Positions 12,325 through 25,277 are shown, counted from the first letter of the stretch. The stretch is DNA of 64,000 bases from Hydrolagus colliei (GCA_035084275.1 CM068757.1:6262001-6326000); one strand, 5' to 3'. Numbers and translations: made by a program. Notes: generated from the letters alone by a model not told the origin.

Positions 12325-12750
12325 GGGACAGATCCGTCTTTGAATTTCTAACTTGCAATTGGCATCAGCACCAGGAAGTAGGAACTAATAATGGTGGTCT
12401 CACCACTGACTCCCATGATCTGAGTGTGAACGATGAAACCTGCCTGTGGTGTTCCTATGTTTAAGAGTTTTATTTTATATCATCTTCATTTCTACTTTTT
12501 AGATGAATCGGCGGAGTTCTGTTTTGTGTGTCACTCAGAATCTGTGTGTGGGTTTATTGCCACAGCCACTCTACTGCAATAGAAGACACCGGTGTCTGCT
12601 TTTTTAATTACGCCCTCCTATGCTCAATTGTACACACTGGAATGATCTGAGAATTTTTCACCTGACATCTATGGCGTGAGTGGCAAAACACCCTCGTAAG
12701 GCGAATGAGAAGAAAAGTCCTGTTTTCAAAAATAGTAACCAAAGCAAAAG

Positions 12751-12812
12751 CAACAATAACAAAATTACATTTGTATTGCGCCTTTCACAACAGAAGGAAG
12801 TCCCAAGGCACT
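12751..12812 (-). mobile_element. L2-type 3' tail fragment
   Basis: CAACAATAACAAAATTACATTTGTATTGCGCCTTTCAC...GTCCCAAGGCACT, similar to the fragment at 12265. Confidence 0.75.
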
Positions 12813-13374
12813 GCAAATATAAATAAAATGTAAATTAAAAATACAAACCAATGAATTCGGCAGGTGTATGATTGAACACGGGTTCATTTGAAGCTCATTG
12901 AAAGCCACGTAGCTCATATGAGTATTGTAAAAAAAAAAGTCTTATAAGGGTGATAATCCTCTTATCTTGGTTTTTGATCTTATTTTGTGCTGATAGGTGC
13001 AATGGATATTTATAAGCCTTCCATTTATATATTTCCTTGATACCATTCACACAAGAGGCCTAATGATTACTAAGTTCTTACTGCAGGCTTAAAAAGACAC
13101 CTCCAATACTTTATTTGTAAAGGTGAAGTGCACAATATACACAAACTTGCAATTTCCATTCACGTGGCTGCTATTTTATGCAGTTAATTTCAGTGTTTTT
13201 ATCTGGGTGGTTGCAATATTTAGTACAGCCTTCACTGCTGTAATCCATCTTCAATCTTGGTTATTGATATTTGTGCTTCAGTCAACCTTAAATTGACTGC
13301 CAGTTTTTTTTATTACAATTGTATACTGTACTATAACTCTTTAAACAACCAAAGTGTTGTTTGCCATGCAGTTA

Positions 13375-13540
13375 GACCCCAGGAAGTATTTCTTTACACA
13401 GTGAGCCACGGCAGCTGGAGTCTGTTACCAGGAAGGTGGTTCAGACCGGGCACAACCTTATTCCAGAAATATGATACTGTCACGGGAAGAACAGCAAGTT
13501 GATTATTGCAAAAGGATGAGATTAAATGGCCTTCAGACTT
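13375..13540 (+). mobile_element. CR1 LINE 3' remnant
   Basis: AGGAAGTATTTCTTTACACAG...TGGAGTCTGTTACCAGGAAGGTGGT resembles the CR1 ORF2 end (FFTQRVV..WN.LP), followed by an ..AAATGGCCTT 3' UTR motif. Confidence 0.55.
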
Positions 13541-13631
13541 GCTTTTTATCCAAACTTCCTTGTGACTGTGGTATGTTCCTCGTACAGTGTTCCTCTTGTG
13601 TACAAAGTTGATTGATTTAGAAATCGTATTA

Positions 13632-14197
13632 CCGTATATCTCCGCGTATAAGGCGCACTTTTTTTCAGGTCGGAAGATCTCGAAAGTTGGGGGTGCGCCC
13701 TATACGCAGGTACAAGCAATTTTGAGTCTCGGAGATACAGTAAACAGGAGGGGCGGCCGGCGCGCTGTCAGCCGGGGTTTGGTCAGTGTCCGGCGGGGGT
13801 TGGGAGGAGCGGGTGACGGGGCTTCGGCCTCGGCCGCCCGGGCAGCGGCAGCAGCAGCAGACTCCAGTGCTGTGCTTACCTTCTGCCGAACCCAGTCTGC
13901 CTGCCTCACTCCCTGCCGCTCTCCCTCCCTGTCTGCGTGCCGGCCTGCCTCTCTCCCTCTCTCTCTCCCGGGCTGCCGGCCTGCCTCTCTCCCTCTCTCT
14001 CTCCCTGCCTCCCTCTCTCCCTCCCTGGCTGCCTGGCTTCCTGCCTCTCTCTCTCCCTACCTACCTGTCTCTCCTGTCTCTCCTCCCTTCTGCCGGCAAT
14101 ATCATTGAAAATGCTTGCGTTTTTTTTCACCAAGAAAAGGTCAAAAACGGGGCGCGCGCCTTATACGCGGGCGCGCCTTATACGCGGAGATATACGG
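13632..14197. mobile_element. Non-autonomous Tc1/mariner-superfamily DNA transposon (Tc2/pogo-like MITE), 566 bp
   Basis: Perfect 25-bp TIRs CCGTATATCTCCGCGTATAAGGCGC / GCGCCTTATACGCGGAGATATACGG. TA at both sides (13630-13631, 14198-14199), extra subterminal GCGCC(C/T)TATACGC copies, no transposase. Confidence 0.95.
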
Positions 14198-14214
14198 TAA
14201 GTTAGTGTACCCAC

Positions 14215-14405
14215 CAGTATGTCTGCAAACTGTTTTGTATGGCCCATATCATGAAGTCGTGACTGTGGTTTCGTCCATGGTCAGGTGGATGAACCTCATG
14301 TCTACCAACCCTCATGTCTCAGCTGACGCATGAAGAATGACCTCGGTGGGTGGGGGGGTTGTAGGCTTCTGGCACCTGTGGAACTGTATCCCAGCAAGAG
14401 AACGA
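14215..14405 (+). mobile_element. Ancient SINE 3' half (AmnSINE2-like, family B)
   Basis: CATGAAGAATGACC...CCTGTGGAACTGTATCCCAGCAAG matches a recalled ancient gnathostome SINE; related decayed copies occur elsewhere in the window. Confidence 0.5.
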
Positions 14406-15169
14406 CATTGATATGTTTGCTGGAAGTTTATTGACAAATAATCTGCACAAGATTACACATGGGGATAAGAGCTTTTGCGTATTCTAGTTTAATATTACCT
14501 TTCAAGCGTTCAATTTTGCATCCAAGAGGTCAGCTGCATTACAGGAAAACTGAAGAGCTGGCGCCATGTTGCATCGAAGTGACAGCCTTTGGTTTGCAGG
14601 GAGCTCCGATGAAAAATTCAGTGTCTGATAAATTGTTGTCTCTTTTAAACCACAACAAGAACAGCACATATCCACTTGCAGCAGGTGCAGCTTTTGCAGA
14701 GCATAGGTTTTGGGTAATCAGTGGGAAGTGGTTAAACTGCATTTATGCTGTTTTCTCACATTAAATGGTAGCGAGCGACACAGCACACAGATGAAGGCAG
14801 TTTTCTATTCGGGAAGATGGAGCTTTTTTTTATTAAAAAAAACTTGAATCTATGGAGTTGGTATGAAACATTTCAGAATTAACAAGCTCCAGTGTTTTAA
14901 AGTGTGAAAAATGAAAAGCGTCAGCCACCTATGAGCGTGCAATTTGTGCAGAGAGGTCATGTTAAGATTTTGCATATCTTTTGTTTCTTCACCTGCAAGG
15001 CACTGCACAAAAACTGAGCAGACTAAAAGATGGTAATCCGACTTTACTTAAGTGGAAAATGTAAGTAACTATGGAATTGCAAACATGTTGAGAAAGTATA
15101 TAAATTGTGCAATATACTGGGCTGCACAAGAAATCATTCCGTATGTACCAGATGGCTGACCTCAGGAAC

Positions 15170-15450
15170 CTCTACCAGTAGCCAGTCTTCACCTGTGTGA
15201 TCTCAGAAAGTTTGTTGTCCATTTATTTAGTGACTGAGGCATCATAGATTATCCAGCTCTCAGTACAATTTTTGTGTACCTTTTAGCAGATGTCACAGAT
15301 AACAATCAGGAGTTAGGTGGTTGGCTCCCCCACCCCACACCTTCCCAAATATAGGGCCAATGCAATCAATTGTACTTGTTGTTTCCCCTCAACCCACACG
15401 CAATGAGCTAATTCAGCATAGACCAGAACTGAGGAAGTGGTCTAATCTTA
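15170..15450 (-). mobile_element. Ancient SINE (AmnSINE2-like, family B)
   Basis: GCCAGTCTTCACCTGTGTGA...GATAACAATCAGGAG...GAGCTAATTCAGCATAGACCAG. Confidence 0.5.
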
Positions 15451-15839
15451 TCTGCTGTCAATAAGTACTATATGTGCTTCCAACAAAGCTGTGACCTATT
15501 GTGACTTTTCCAAAAAGGCACTTGAATATCTATCTTCTCAAATATCTAGACTTTGGTCTGATGATCAAGATCAAAGTTTAGGTGGTGGAGATCTTTGGTT
15601 AAGGATCAATATCCAAGCCAAATGTATGATTGGAAAGAAAGTGTTTCCTAGTTGGATTATTGCATGTCTTTTTGATGAGGCATAATCTTGCGATTGTGAT
15701 GTAATGTATCTAGGCATGAAAGGTGAGATTATAAATGCAAATTGTCGGCAAGCCTTAGTTCTTGCCAACCTGTGCCTGATATCCTCCAATGGGAGAGTAT
15801 GCATTTGAAAGCTCTTGCAGGGCTGCACAGGATTCTTTT

Positions 15840-16145
15840 TAACTATGAAGTGCTGTGTCTTCTTTAGGCAAATGCAGTATCGGATTTTGCATTCAGCAAT
15901 TTCCTACAAACAACCATCAAATGAATAACCAATTCTCTCCGGAGGGTTATTAGCCAGAATACTGGGAGAAATTCCTTTCTTCTGAAGTGTGCCACAGGAT
16001 TGTTGATGTTCACCTGAACAGGCAGACGGGGCCTCAGTTTAATGTCTCATAGTCAACGCTGCGCTGGAGTGTCAGCCTAGACTGAGTTCAAGTATGAAGG
16101 GCTTGTATCTACAAGCTTGTGATTCAGAGAGTGTTACCAACTAAG
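15840..16145 (-). mobile_element. Old DeuSINE (SacSINE1-like)
   Basis: Antisense Deu-domain motifs GTGCCACAGGAT..TGTTCACCTGAACAGGCAGACGGGGCCTCAGTTTAATGTCTCAT and GGAGTGTCAGCCTAG. Confidence 0.75.
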
Positions 16146-18269
16146 ATGGTTTCACACTTAGTAAGGATGATAATTTAATTGTACACAGATTTAGTATTAT
16201 ATTCTTAACAAGTTTATCTGGTCATGGTAGATCTTTTGTAGAGAAAGACATTACTTGTCGGATCCCAGTTGTGTTTATTTAGAAGAATTCTCTCTATATA
16301 TATTTTCTGTAATTTGGTTAAGGTGAATTTGGTTAAGGAGATGAGCCTCAGTGTTACCTGCAATTATACATGGAGTTTTTTTTTAAAAAGGTTTAACTCC
16401 AATTCTCAAACGGTCAAGGGCACCAAGCTTTTATTAGCTTTGCTGTATTGATTGTAGCTCTGTTAAATTGACTGTTCAGATTTTAAAAAACTGCCGGATT
16501 TAAAGCTGCTAGGATTAAGAGTTAAACTCCTTTACTACAGCAAAGTGCAATAAAACAACAGAGCTCATTTAGAGGGGTTAAACTGTACTGCAAAACTGAA
16601 TTCGAGTTTAATCTTTTCAGATGAGCAGCTGAGTGGGGATTTACATCACATCTGGTCAAATCCTCATTATCACATACTAATCTTAAATCCAAAACCCTAT
16701 TTTACTGTCATGGACAATATAATGTCTTGACGTTGCAAGCAATTGTTTGGTGTTTCTGTAATGAATTTTAAATATTGTAGTTTATATAACTCACTAGTAA
16801 GCTGGAAAGTATCTGTACTGCAAACGCAGCTCCCGAGACTCTCTTGAGGTTGAGACTCTGTCCTCAGAAATTGTGCTCAAAACAATAAAAGCTTCTTGTG
16901 TTTTAATAGTGAAGAACCTCATTGATCAAAAGATTCTTATTCTTCACACAAATAAAGCTGTTAACTACTGTGAGCAAGGCATCTGTAATACTTTGACAAC
17001 AGTTTGCTGTTACTAGAATTAATGCCAGAGGGTGACCCACTTTGAAATCTGAATGCATACAAGTAACTGAAGTAGATTTGAAATACAAGTTAATGTGCAG
17101 ATTATATCTGTTCTAAGGATAGCTTGCCTTACAAAGCATTTCATTTGGCGCACACGTTTACAGCTTTCCACATTACCATATTTAAAGTAAACTTACATTT
17201 TCCATATCTGGCACAAGTGGCAGAGAAATGCATCTGCACTATCTCTTGCAGCAATTCAAATATCACTTTGTCACCCGTGTGCAATTTTTAGTGAATTTGT
17301 CAAATCAGTCCCTTGGATATTGGTTCAATTTTTCAAAATGGTGTACTTGTACATCCTGACCTTGTACTGCTGGATTCTTCCTTTGCAGCCTATTCATATA
17401 CGTGTGAATGCGCACACACAATATATGAATTCACATTAGCATTTCTGCCACCATGCAAGAAATAGTTTAAGTTGACTTTTATAGTGGGCCCTTGACAACT
17501 ATTTTTACCGTAAGCTGGCAATGTATTTCTGTACATGTAAAATGTTACTAATAGATTGTCTCTGGAATGTGATATTGCTGAAGTATGAGTGACTTGCATA
17601 TCTACATTTGGGGACATGCTAAATTTGGAACAATATTTCAGCTCGCAAACTCCATTTAATCTACTGTACCAGACCAAGCAGAAATAACGGTTTCCAATTT
17701 GATCTGCCTCTGGCAAGTACCCCGAGTGTACCCACCATCAATCAGTGTGAATAAAGAGTTCACCTTTCTGAAATGCACCTGACCTGCAGTTCATTGTGTG
17801 TTTTTTATCTTGAGTGCTCGAGATTAATGGAGCACCCACTATGGTATGCACAATATATTTATTGAATGTGATCTGGTTGCGGTAGAACTGTCTTGCGGTA
17901 GAACTTTCAGCGCTTTGTGTTCAGCCAGTCTAGAATTAGAACAGCTGGCTTGATTTTACAAGAGCATTTCCGCCGTGTTGACATTTGTTACGCACCCTCT
18001 TATGGGCCCCTGTCAACATCACAAATGCTAGATGGATTCAACACAAATTTCCATAGAGAGAGTGCGATTTTAAACACATTCTGAATGATGATATACATTT
18101 AATTCCGCTCACGGCTATTTAATAACACTTTTTTCATTGTCCAAATTGCATATGTCTGTTCAGTCGCAAAGTATATTCTGCCGCTCGGTTTTAACTGGTC
18201 TGATTTAATCTCTAAGTTTACATGAAAATAAATCCTTTTATATATAAATCCAGCACTGATGGATTTTTG

Positions 18270-18458
18270 CATCCTTTCCCTAATTTTGTGACCTTCTACA
18301 ACTCCACTGCCCCAGCTGTTCCTTTGCTCAAGAAACACCGGCCTGCTTTTTAGCCCTCTTCTGATGTTCTCCCGGGTTGGTGAGCTATCAGCTATTCTGC
18401 CCCCACTGTCTGAAACTCCATGTGAATCTCCCCTGCCTTGCCCCTCCCTGGTCATGTT
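18270..18458 (+). mobile_element. Old L2 ORF2 3' remnant
   Basis: Decayed similarity to the L2 ends at 27047 and 36692. Confidence 0.45.
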
Positions 18459-18589
18459 AGTTAAGGGTAAGATTAATCACATCATGTGCTCTGTTCGGTA
18501 ACTCAAGATTTCTATCAATTTCCTGTTTCCGCCTATTTTCTTTTTACTGCTCAGCCGAAAGTCTTGAGTCTTTCCCGTGTTTCAGTTTC

Positions 18590-18745
18590 ATTGTACTGGC
18601 TGCTTGATACCTTGTCCAAGTGCTTCTCTTCCTATGTGAACATAGATATTAGGTGTCTTCACCTGCTTTCTCTATATACAATTCTAGAGAGGGAACCCTG
18701 GCTGACTTGCATCATACGTTGGGGTGCTCACTGAGATCAATATGT
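18590..18745 (-). mobile_element. Ancient SINE fragment (family B)
   Basis: GATACCTTGTCCAAGTG...GGGAACCCTGGCTGA motifs. Confidence 0.4.
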
Positions 18746-21354
18746 ATGGCCTTTTGCCTCTTGCTTAAAATTTATGCAACTGGCATTTATGTAACACATT
18801 TCATGCAAGAGCTTTCAAAGTTGCTTTATATATGCCTCAATGTTCATCTTTTTAGAATAAGATGTATTATTAATCTGCAGCCTGGACCCCAGACCCTGGC
18901 CTCAAATTATACAATTTTGAGATGGTCAGGACTTAGGGACTTAAACAAGCTGTCTTTTCAATCAGCCTTGGTCTGACTCAGTTTAAAGCTCTGAATTAAT
19001 GAGTTATTTCTCTGACCTGTTATTACTGCTCCAATTTCTGCTGTGTTTCGTTTGCAAATATATAGGAATTAATATCCTGCTTCCATTAATAAAGTACAAA
19101 ACATTATTAGAAGCTGAAATTTATGTGCATTGATGAAAATGTAGGTAGGACTAGAGACGACATAGTAAATTGACTCAATGATCTAACTTGCACACTATTG
19201 AATGTTGCAGAGACAATAGTTCTGTGCTAGGGAGAATGATATTTTTACACCATAATGTAACCCTTAACTAATTAATTCTAATGCTTAGTGAATGCTACTT
19301 TTCCAGTAAAGCTTCCTGATGGTTTACAGGCCCATTGTAAGTTTCCAATGGCTCATGACTGGCTTTTCATTTGTTTAGATCTTATTGTTTAGTTATTGTA
19401 ATTGCCTGACTGTGCGTTACCTTGCAAATTAAATTTCAACGTTTATCATTACTGCTTTTTCTATTGTCTTTTGATGTCATTACATGTTTTTTGTTTGACA
19501 TTTCCAAGTTAATTTGTAGCGCAGTCTTGCTCCAAACAACCTGATATTGAATCCAATTTGAAGCCTTTTTTTTAAAAACATAAAATTAGTTCTTAAATAT
19601 TAAGCTGGTCTATGAAGTGTTTTAGGTTTCATGTAGTATATTTGTGCTGATGAGCCAAATCTAAACAAAGCTTGTGCAAAATATATGTGGCCAAAATAAA
19701 AACTTACCGGTAATTGTTTTTTAAAAGACAGAAAAGTAGGTGAAGCACTGAGGCCTATAATGAAGAAACCACCAATAATTGTGTGTGTCTGTGTGTGTCT
19801 TGGAGGAAAAGCCTCTCTGAATTTGTTCTTAGTGATTTACATTTTCCCCATTTAAAATAAGATTTCAAACAAAATATACATGTCATGTAATTTAACATTA
19901 AAGCTTCTCGCCATAATTGACCCAACAGAGGATTAAATTTTCATTGGCTTTTAACAGAAAATGTGTAGCAAAAGCTATGTCTACATGGGGATCGAACAGA
20001 TATGTCCCAATGCATTGTAAATTAATCCAAGTAGTGTACCATGCATACAGAGACTAAATGTACAGAGATGATTTGTGTGTGTGTTTCTGCTCACGAATAG
20101 AGATGGGGAATATAAACCTTTGATCTGCTAAGAATTATCACTTCATTTACTGCCCTCTTACTCCTCAAATGGGATCAAACTGCTGTAGATGGGAACATAT
20201 GTAGAGCTGACGATTGCCAGCTGACGACTCCTCAGTAATTGTAACATTTGATTTATTTACAGAGAGATGCAGCTAAATTCTGATGAAACAGCTCCTTGAA
20301 TAAACTAGCAGCATGAAAACCAGTTTGTGTAATGTTGAAATCTAATTCTAAAATTGTCTGTTTCATTCAGGGTGCAGAGTAGACCACAGGAAAAAGCAGG
20401 GGGCAAACCATTTGGTGTAGTTTCACGTTTGCAGTATCATCCCATTTGTTTGATAGTTGTTTATAATCCAAGCCTCTGTATTTGAACTGCTCAAATATCG
20501 TGAAATTAATTGTGAATGCTGAAGAAAAGTACAGCAATATACTGTTTCTTGCATGTTGAATATACCTCTTTGCTGAAGGGGGAATGTATCCCTGTTAATT
20601 TTCTTGAATGCACACACGGTGTGTGCTAGGTTGCATTGTGCCAATGTCAGTGCTTTGATCACTAGAGTTAGCTGCGGGGCTAAATTATAGCTTCTTACAA
20701 TGAAGTATAAATTGAATGTACAGTATGACAAGGATTGCCTTTGTGATCATCTACTGAAAGAAAAGGTTTCAGTAGTTTCTGTAATCCAACTTTAGTTAAT
20801 GTAGATTTCCTGTGAAGTGAAATGTGTTGTCCATTGCATAGCCAGAAGGGAACCAGCAATCTAGGAGAACCCTCCAGGAAATTGTATTGGTCAGGCTAAA
20901 CGTACACCTGGTTTGGAAGTTGCTGTATCACCAGATTTGCTGAACAGCAAAGGATGAATGTGCGTAGTAAACGACTGTAGAATTGTCAAGTTTCCCAAAT
21001 CTGTTTTAATGGAGATTATTGGGTAAGAAGAGATGAACCTGCACACCGTAATCTTTCTATGTAAAAAGTGCAGACATGAGATACACAGAACAATGTTGTT
21101 GCTTCTGAAGCAAGGCAGATTTGGGGATATTGAAAGCATGTGGCATCCAAGTGGAATTGCACAAGAAGCTTGAAATATTGAGTCATCTAAAAAGGGCGTG
21201 ATGTTTTATGTCTGCAGCTGTTAAAGCCTAACGAGAGGAATTAGAGTGTATGTACCATAGAACTGAGAATTTTGTGTGTGTAAAGGAAACATTTAGTTTA
21301 ATGAGCGAACAGAACTTGTTGTTATTGAATCGGCCTCCACCACTTGTGATATTA

Positions 21355-21860
21355 ATAATGATAATAATAGAGCTGGCATTTGTTACAGCGCCTTTTTGTT
21401 GTGAGGATGTCTTAAAGCATTTCACAGGATTTAATAATAATAATAATAATCCTTGCATTTGATATAGCGCTTTCCACATCTTATCAACGTTTCAAAGCGC
21501 TTCACAGAATATACTGTAAAGTGAATTGACTGTATATATTTGTGGGCGAATCACGGCAGCCAATTGCGCACAGCAGCGTCCCACACACAGTCGTGGATTG
21601 AAATGACCAATTTTATTGTGTTTTTTTGGAGGGATTATTATTAGGCGTGTGGAGTAAGGAAACTTGCCCAAGGTTTCGCCCTGACCTGCCTGGATTTGAA
21701 CACAGGTCTCCCCAGCTTGGTTTCCCCAGTTTGCAAGACAAGTGCTCGAACCACTGAGCCTAAATTTAGTGGACCAATTCAGCAATCAATTTGTACACAG
21801 CAATGCCTTATAAACAAACAGCAAGCGAACGACCAATTTTATCTGGGGGATCGTTGACCA
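21355..21860 (-). mobile_element. Old DeuSINE-type 3' portion split by a younger SINE insertion
   Basis: Tail at 21355-21430 (TGGCATTTGTTACAGCGCCTTT...AAAGCATTTCACAG) resumes at about 21775-21860 (CAATTTGTACACAGCAATGCCTTATAAACA...GACCA). Confidence 0.65.
21433..21760 (-). mobile_element. Family-A tRNA-derived SINE, near full length
   Basis: (AAT)n tail, body, and head with A box (GGCTCAGTGG) and B box (GTTCAAATCC) on the minus strand. Confidence 0.92.
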
Positions 21861-22771
21861 CGATGATGTTTTACAAGATGCATCTCCAAAAGCATTAACA
21901 AAATCTGTTTAAAAAGGCCAAAGATCCTGTTTGTGCTGCTGCAAGAGTGACCGGATGAAAAGAGCTCGCTACCCGAAATCTATCCCTGGCTGACAGTCAC
22001 TGCTCTTGTGTTTTTTGGTCCAATCATTCAACAGGCTTTCATCTAATTTGGGAAGAAACCATCACCGAGTTGTCTGAAAGCTGTGATTGCTGAGCACTGT
22101 TAGCTGAGATTACGTAAATTGACAGGAAGTGCTCTAATGATGGGGGCGAAGTTCAGTTGCCGGTCATGTTGTAGTGAGCTAGCCTGGTGCGATTGCAGCT
22201 CATCTTTGATTTCAGTCTTTAATGCAAGCATAGAAGCTAAGTGACTGTATGATGAGTAGAACCTCGTACTCAAATTGTTTCCAGGTTAGGGGGGGATGAG
22301 AAGAGGCAGACCCTTTGCTTCTCATTCATTCCCTGATTACCAGAAGTGGCAGCGAAACCAAAATCCCCCCAAAATAAGTAGTGATCGAAGATTGACGCAC
22401 TGAAATTATTGTCTCGGGTTGCTGTAAATATGTGTTTGTTTAAAACGTAAGTGTTGCGATGCACCCATTACTTTGAAAATACATCCCCACGGGGCTCAGC
22501 AACCCAGCTCACTGATTTATGGTTGGAAGGCAAATTCAGGAGGCTGCAATAAATTGCTCACCACTGTTTTAAAAAAAATCTGTTGCTTCCTATGAGTAAT
22601 GAGTGACTTTTACTTGTCTTCACCTTCCTTCTGACATGTCCCAGGTGGAGTCAGGAGCTTGGTGTAAGGAGAACCTGGGTCCTACTTTTACACTGCACAA
22701 TGTGCTGGTGCTCTCATCCACTGTATGACTGAGCTGCCTTTTATTTACCGAACTTTCAGCAATTACCAATA

Positions 22772-22835
22772 CAGTACACAGGTATCTGTTATGTATTCAC
22801 ATATTGGGTCACACATATTTGGTATCTGTGTACTG
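22772..22835. repeat. Small TA-flanked inverted repeat (micro-MITE/hairpin)
   Basis: TACAGTACACAGGTATC ... GGTATCTGTGTACTGTA, 15/17 complementary including the flanking TA. Confidence 0.6.
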
Positions 22836-24152
22836 TACTAATAATAATACCAAAAGTTAACCTCTCTTTGGCACTCAACAACTGCAGTCAATTTACAAAT
22901 ATTCTTAGCTCCTGAATATCAGTTGTAAATCTTTCTAATCTCTTTCTATCTTCTCTCTCGTTCCACCTTTCAACTCACCCTTTAAATATCTTCCTTTGTT
23001 TGGTGGATGGGGTGGGGTCATCTGGGTGTTTGACACATATGGAAACTTGAGCATGCTTGAGAGTATTGAAAACAGACAGAATTCCACATATGAAAGCCAC
23101 CTGTGCATGGAAATTTCCTAGTGATTGTTAGTCTAAATAGCTTCTCAATCAATAACATATATATATATATAACAATATTCTATGTACCACTGTTGGCATA
23201 TATACATTGAAGGTAAATAACATCCCACTGACCATTTAGCAATGTGTGCTATTAGCACAGAGGTGGGGGCTGGCTGATATTTATTAATGTGTGCTTCTTG
23301 GTTAATGCTGCCAGAATCCAAGCAGCCAAGTTGGGTGGAAAATATTTCACTCAATACAATTTGTCAAATATTCCACTTTTTATGTGACTGTATATATTTG
23401 GCCCAGGAAGATGTATTTTGTTGCTTTTTGCAAATGTGATCGCCCTCTTCAATATTTTTAAATATAGTTTAATGGTGTTTTGACTGCCACAGTCACTTAA
23501 CCAAGACTAAATTAACAACTCTCGTGGAGGGGAAGTACCATTTCTCTTCTCTTTTCCCACCCTCCTCCCCTCCCCCACCCATACACACACTCCACCCTCA
23601 GCACATTCTTCTGTTAAAAGATTGTGATTCAAAGCTTCCAGGAGCCTATTCAAGCAGTCTGTGAATTGACTACACACACCAGGAAGTGTGACTCTTTACT
23701 GCAAAGTTCCATATTTCAGTTCCTCTGAAGTTGTTGACTTGCCAACATCACCACACTTGAACTTTCTTAGTTCAAAGCCTCAACTGGTTTCAAGTTAAGT
23801 GAAGTACTTCAAACTTTTGTGAACTCTCAATTACCCTGGATTGAACTATTTTTATGTTAAATACATGAGACATTAAATCATTTAAGCTTCCAAATAATAA
23901 ATGACATTGTGGGGACTTTAAACGCTTCGATATGGATATCAGCAAATCACTTGAACCCCACTCCAGGCAGTTCAGTGCTTGATGCAAACATAAGTCCAGA
24001 TGTAGTAGCTTGAGGGACTGGGTTGCTGTAAAATTTTTATTTTGTTTTGCAATGTTAGCCTCCCTGATGCGCACCATCAATTCTTGGTCAAATCAGCAAC
24101 CCCAAAACAGTCTGAAGGTTTTCTTGTACCATAAGTGCAGCATTTAGTTTAA

Positions 24153-24420
24153 ATAACAACAATAACTTGAATTTATATAGTGCCCCTCACACAGGCTAGA
24201 GTCCCATAGCGACGGTGGCAGAGCACGACTCCGAGCCTGGGGAGGGGGAGTGGGAGGGTGACCATAGACACTGACGAAGAGGAGGGTCTTCAAACTTGAC
24301 CTGAAAATAGAGAATAAGGCGGAGGGATAGAGGAAGACTTTTCTGGAGTTTTGAGGCCTAGTGGCTGAAAGCGTAGATACCATTGGTAGAATGGAGGCTA
24401 CGGGGGACCTGCAGAAATTC
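24153..24420 (-). mobile_element. L2 LINE 3' end
   Basis: (CAA)-type tail plus AACTTGAATTTATATAGTGCCCCTCAC, followed by a purine-rich antisense ORF2 end. Confidence 0.75.
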
Positions 24421-25258
24421 GCAGCAAGTCAAGCAGAGTCTGCAAGTAATAATACTTTAGTGCTTAAGCAACAAATGCGAAGAAATGAAATGGGAAGTTG
24501 TTTTGCAGAACAAATCAAGGGCAGCTGAAAATGAAATCACTGGGGGCAATAGTGAGTTTCCCATCTTGAAGTTGGAAAGACCTAAATTCAGATTGTCATC
24601 ACAAGTTAACTGGAGGACTGAGTGGTCAGTTCTGCTTTGCAACGAGCACCCTCTGTGGGTCAATCAATGCCATCGTTTGGGCAACTAGAGGGTCTTGTGG
24701 GTCTGACTAATCTATTCTTTGGGGGTGAAAGGAGGGTGGGTCGGCATCGGAAGTGAGAATCTAAAGGCGAACCAATGGAGTTAAAGCATTTTGAAAATAA
24801 AAAATAATTTGCAGTCAGCAACAAGTGGCTCTTCAAGTGAAAATTGCTTTGTTTGGAGAGGGGAAAAGAAAGGCTTTTCAATGTAAGTAAAACACTAGAC
24901 TTGATTTTTCACAGCAGTATTACATAATGCATTGTACATAATGTCATAGTTTTCAAGGGCGCTTGTTTTCTTTTTGAATATTACAAACTCTCTTTTTCAT
25001 GTCTAGCCATGGGAACTGACCCGGAAGATAACATTTCATGAGGGGAGGGGAGAGTTTTTCTTTGCAAACGTTCTCTTTGTACCACTTTCGGAACTTTATA
25101 CATCGAGCAACTAAACGACTTTGGCTCAGTCCCTCCATTCCGTGTGCGTGGCATAGAACTAAGTACATCTGTTTTACAGACTTGTAAATCAGTGATCTAG
25201 TGTTTATTCCCTAGGTCTTATATTTGAATTTACAAAGATACTTGCAGTTTTATTTTTT

Positions 25259-25277
25259 GATCCAGCAGGGGGCAATA
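25259..25277 (+). promoter_or_regulatory. Candidate CTCF motif
   Basis: GATCCAGCAGGGGGCAATA contains the CTCF core CCAGCAGGGGGCA. Confidence 0.4.

Noticed and set aside
13587-14333. Cluster of overlapping ORFs up to 173 aa
   Set aside because: They lie in or across the GC-rich MITE, are low complexity, and show no DDE/D transposase motifs.
19646-19672. CTGATGA motif as another hammerhead (also at ~20280 and ~54888)
   Set aside because: No stem II followed by GAAA and no stem I pairing.
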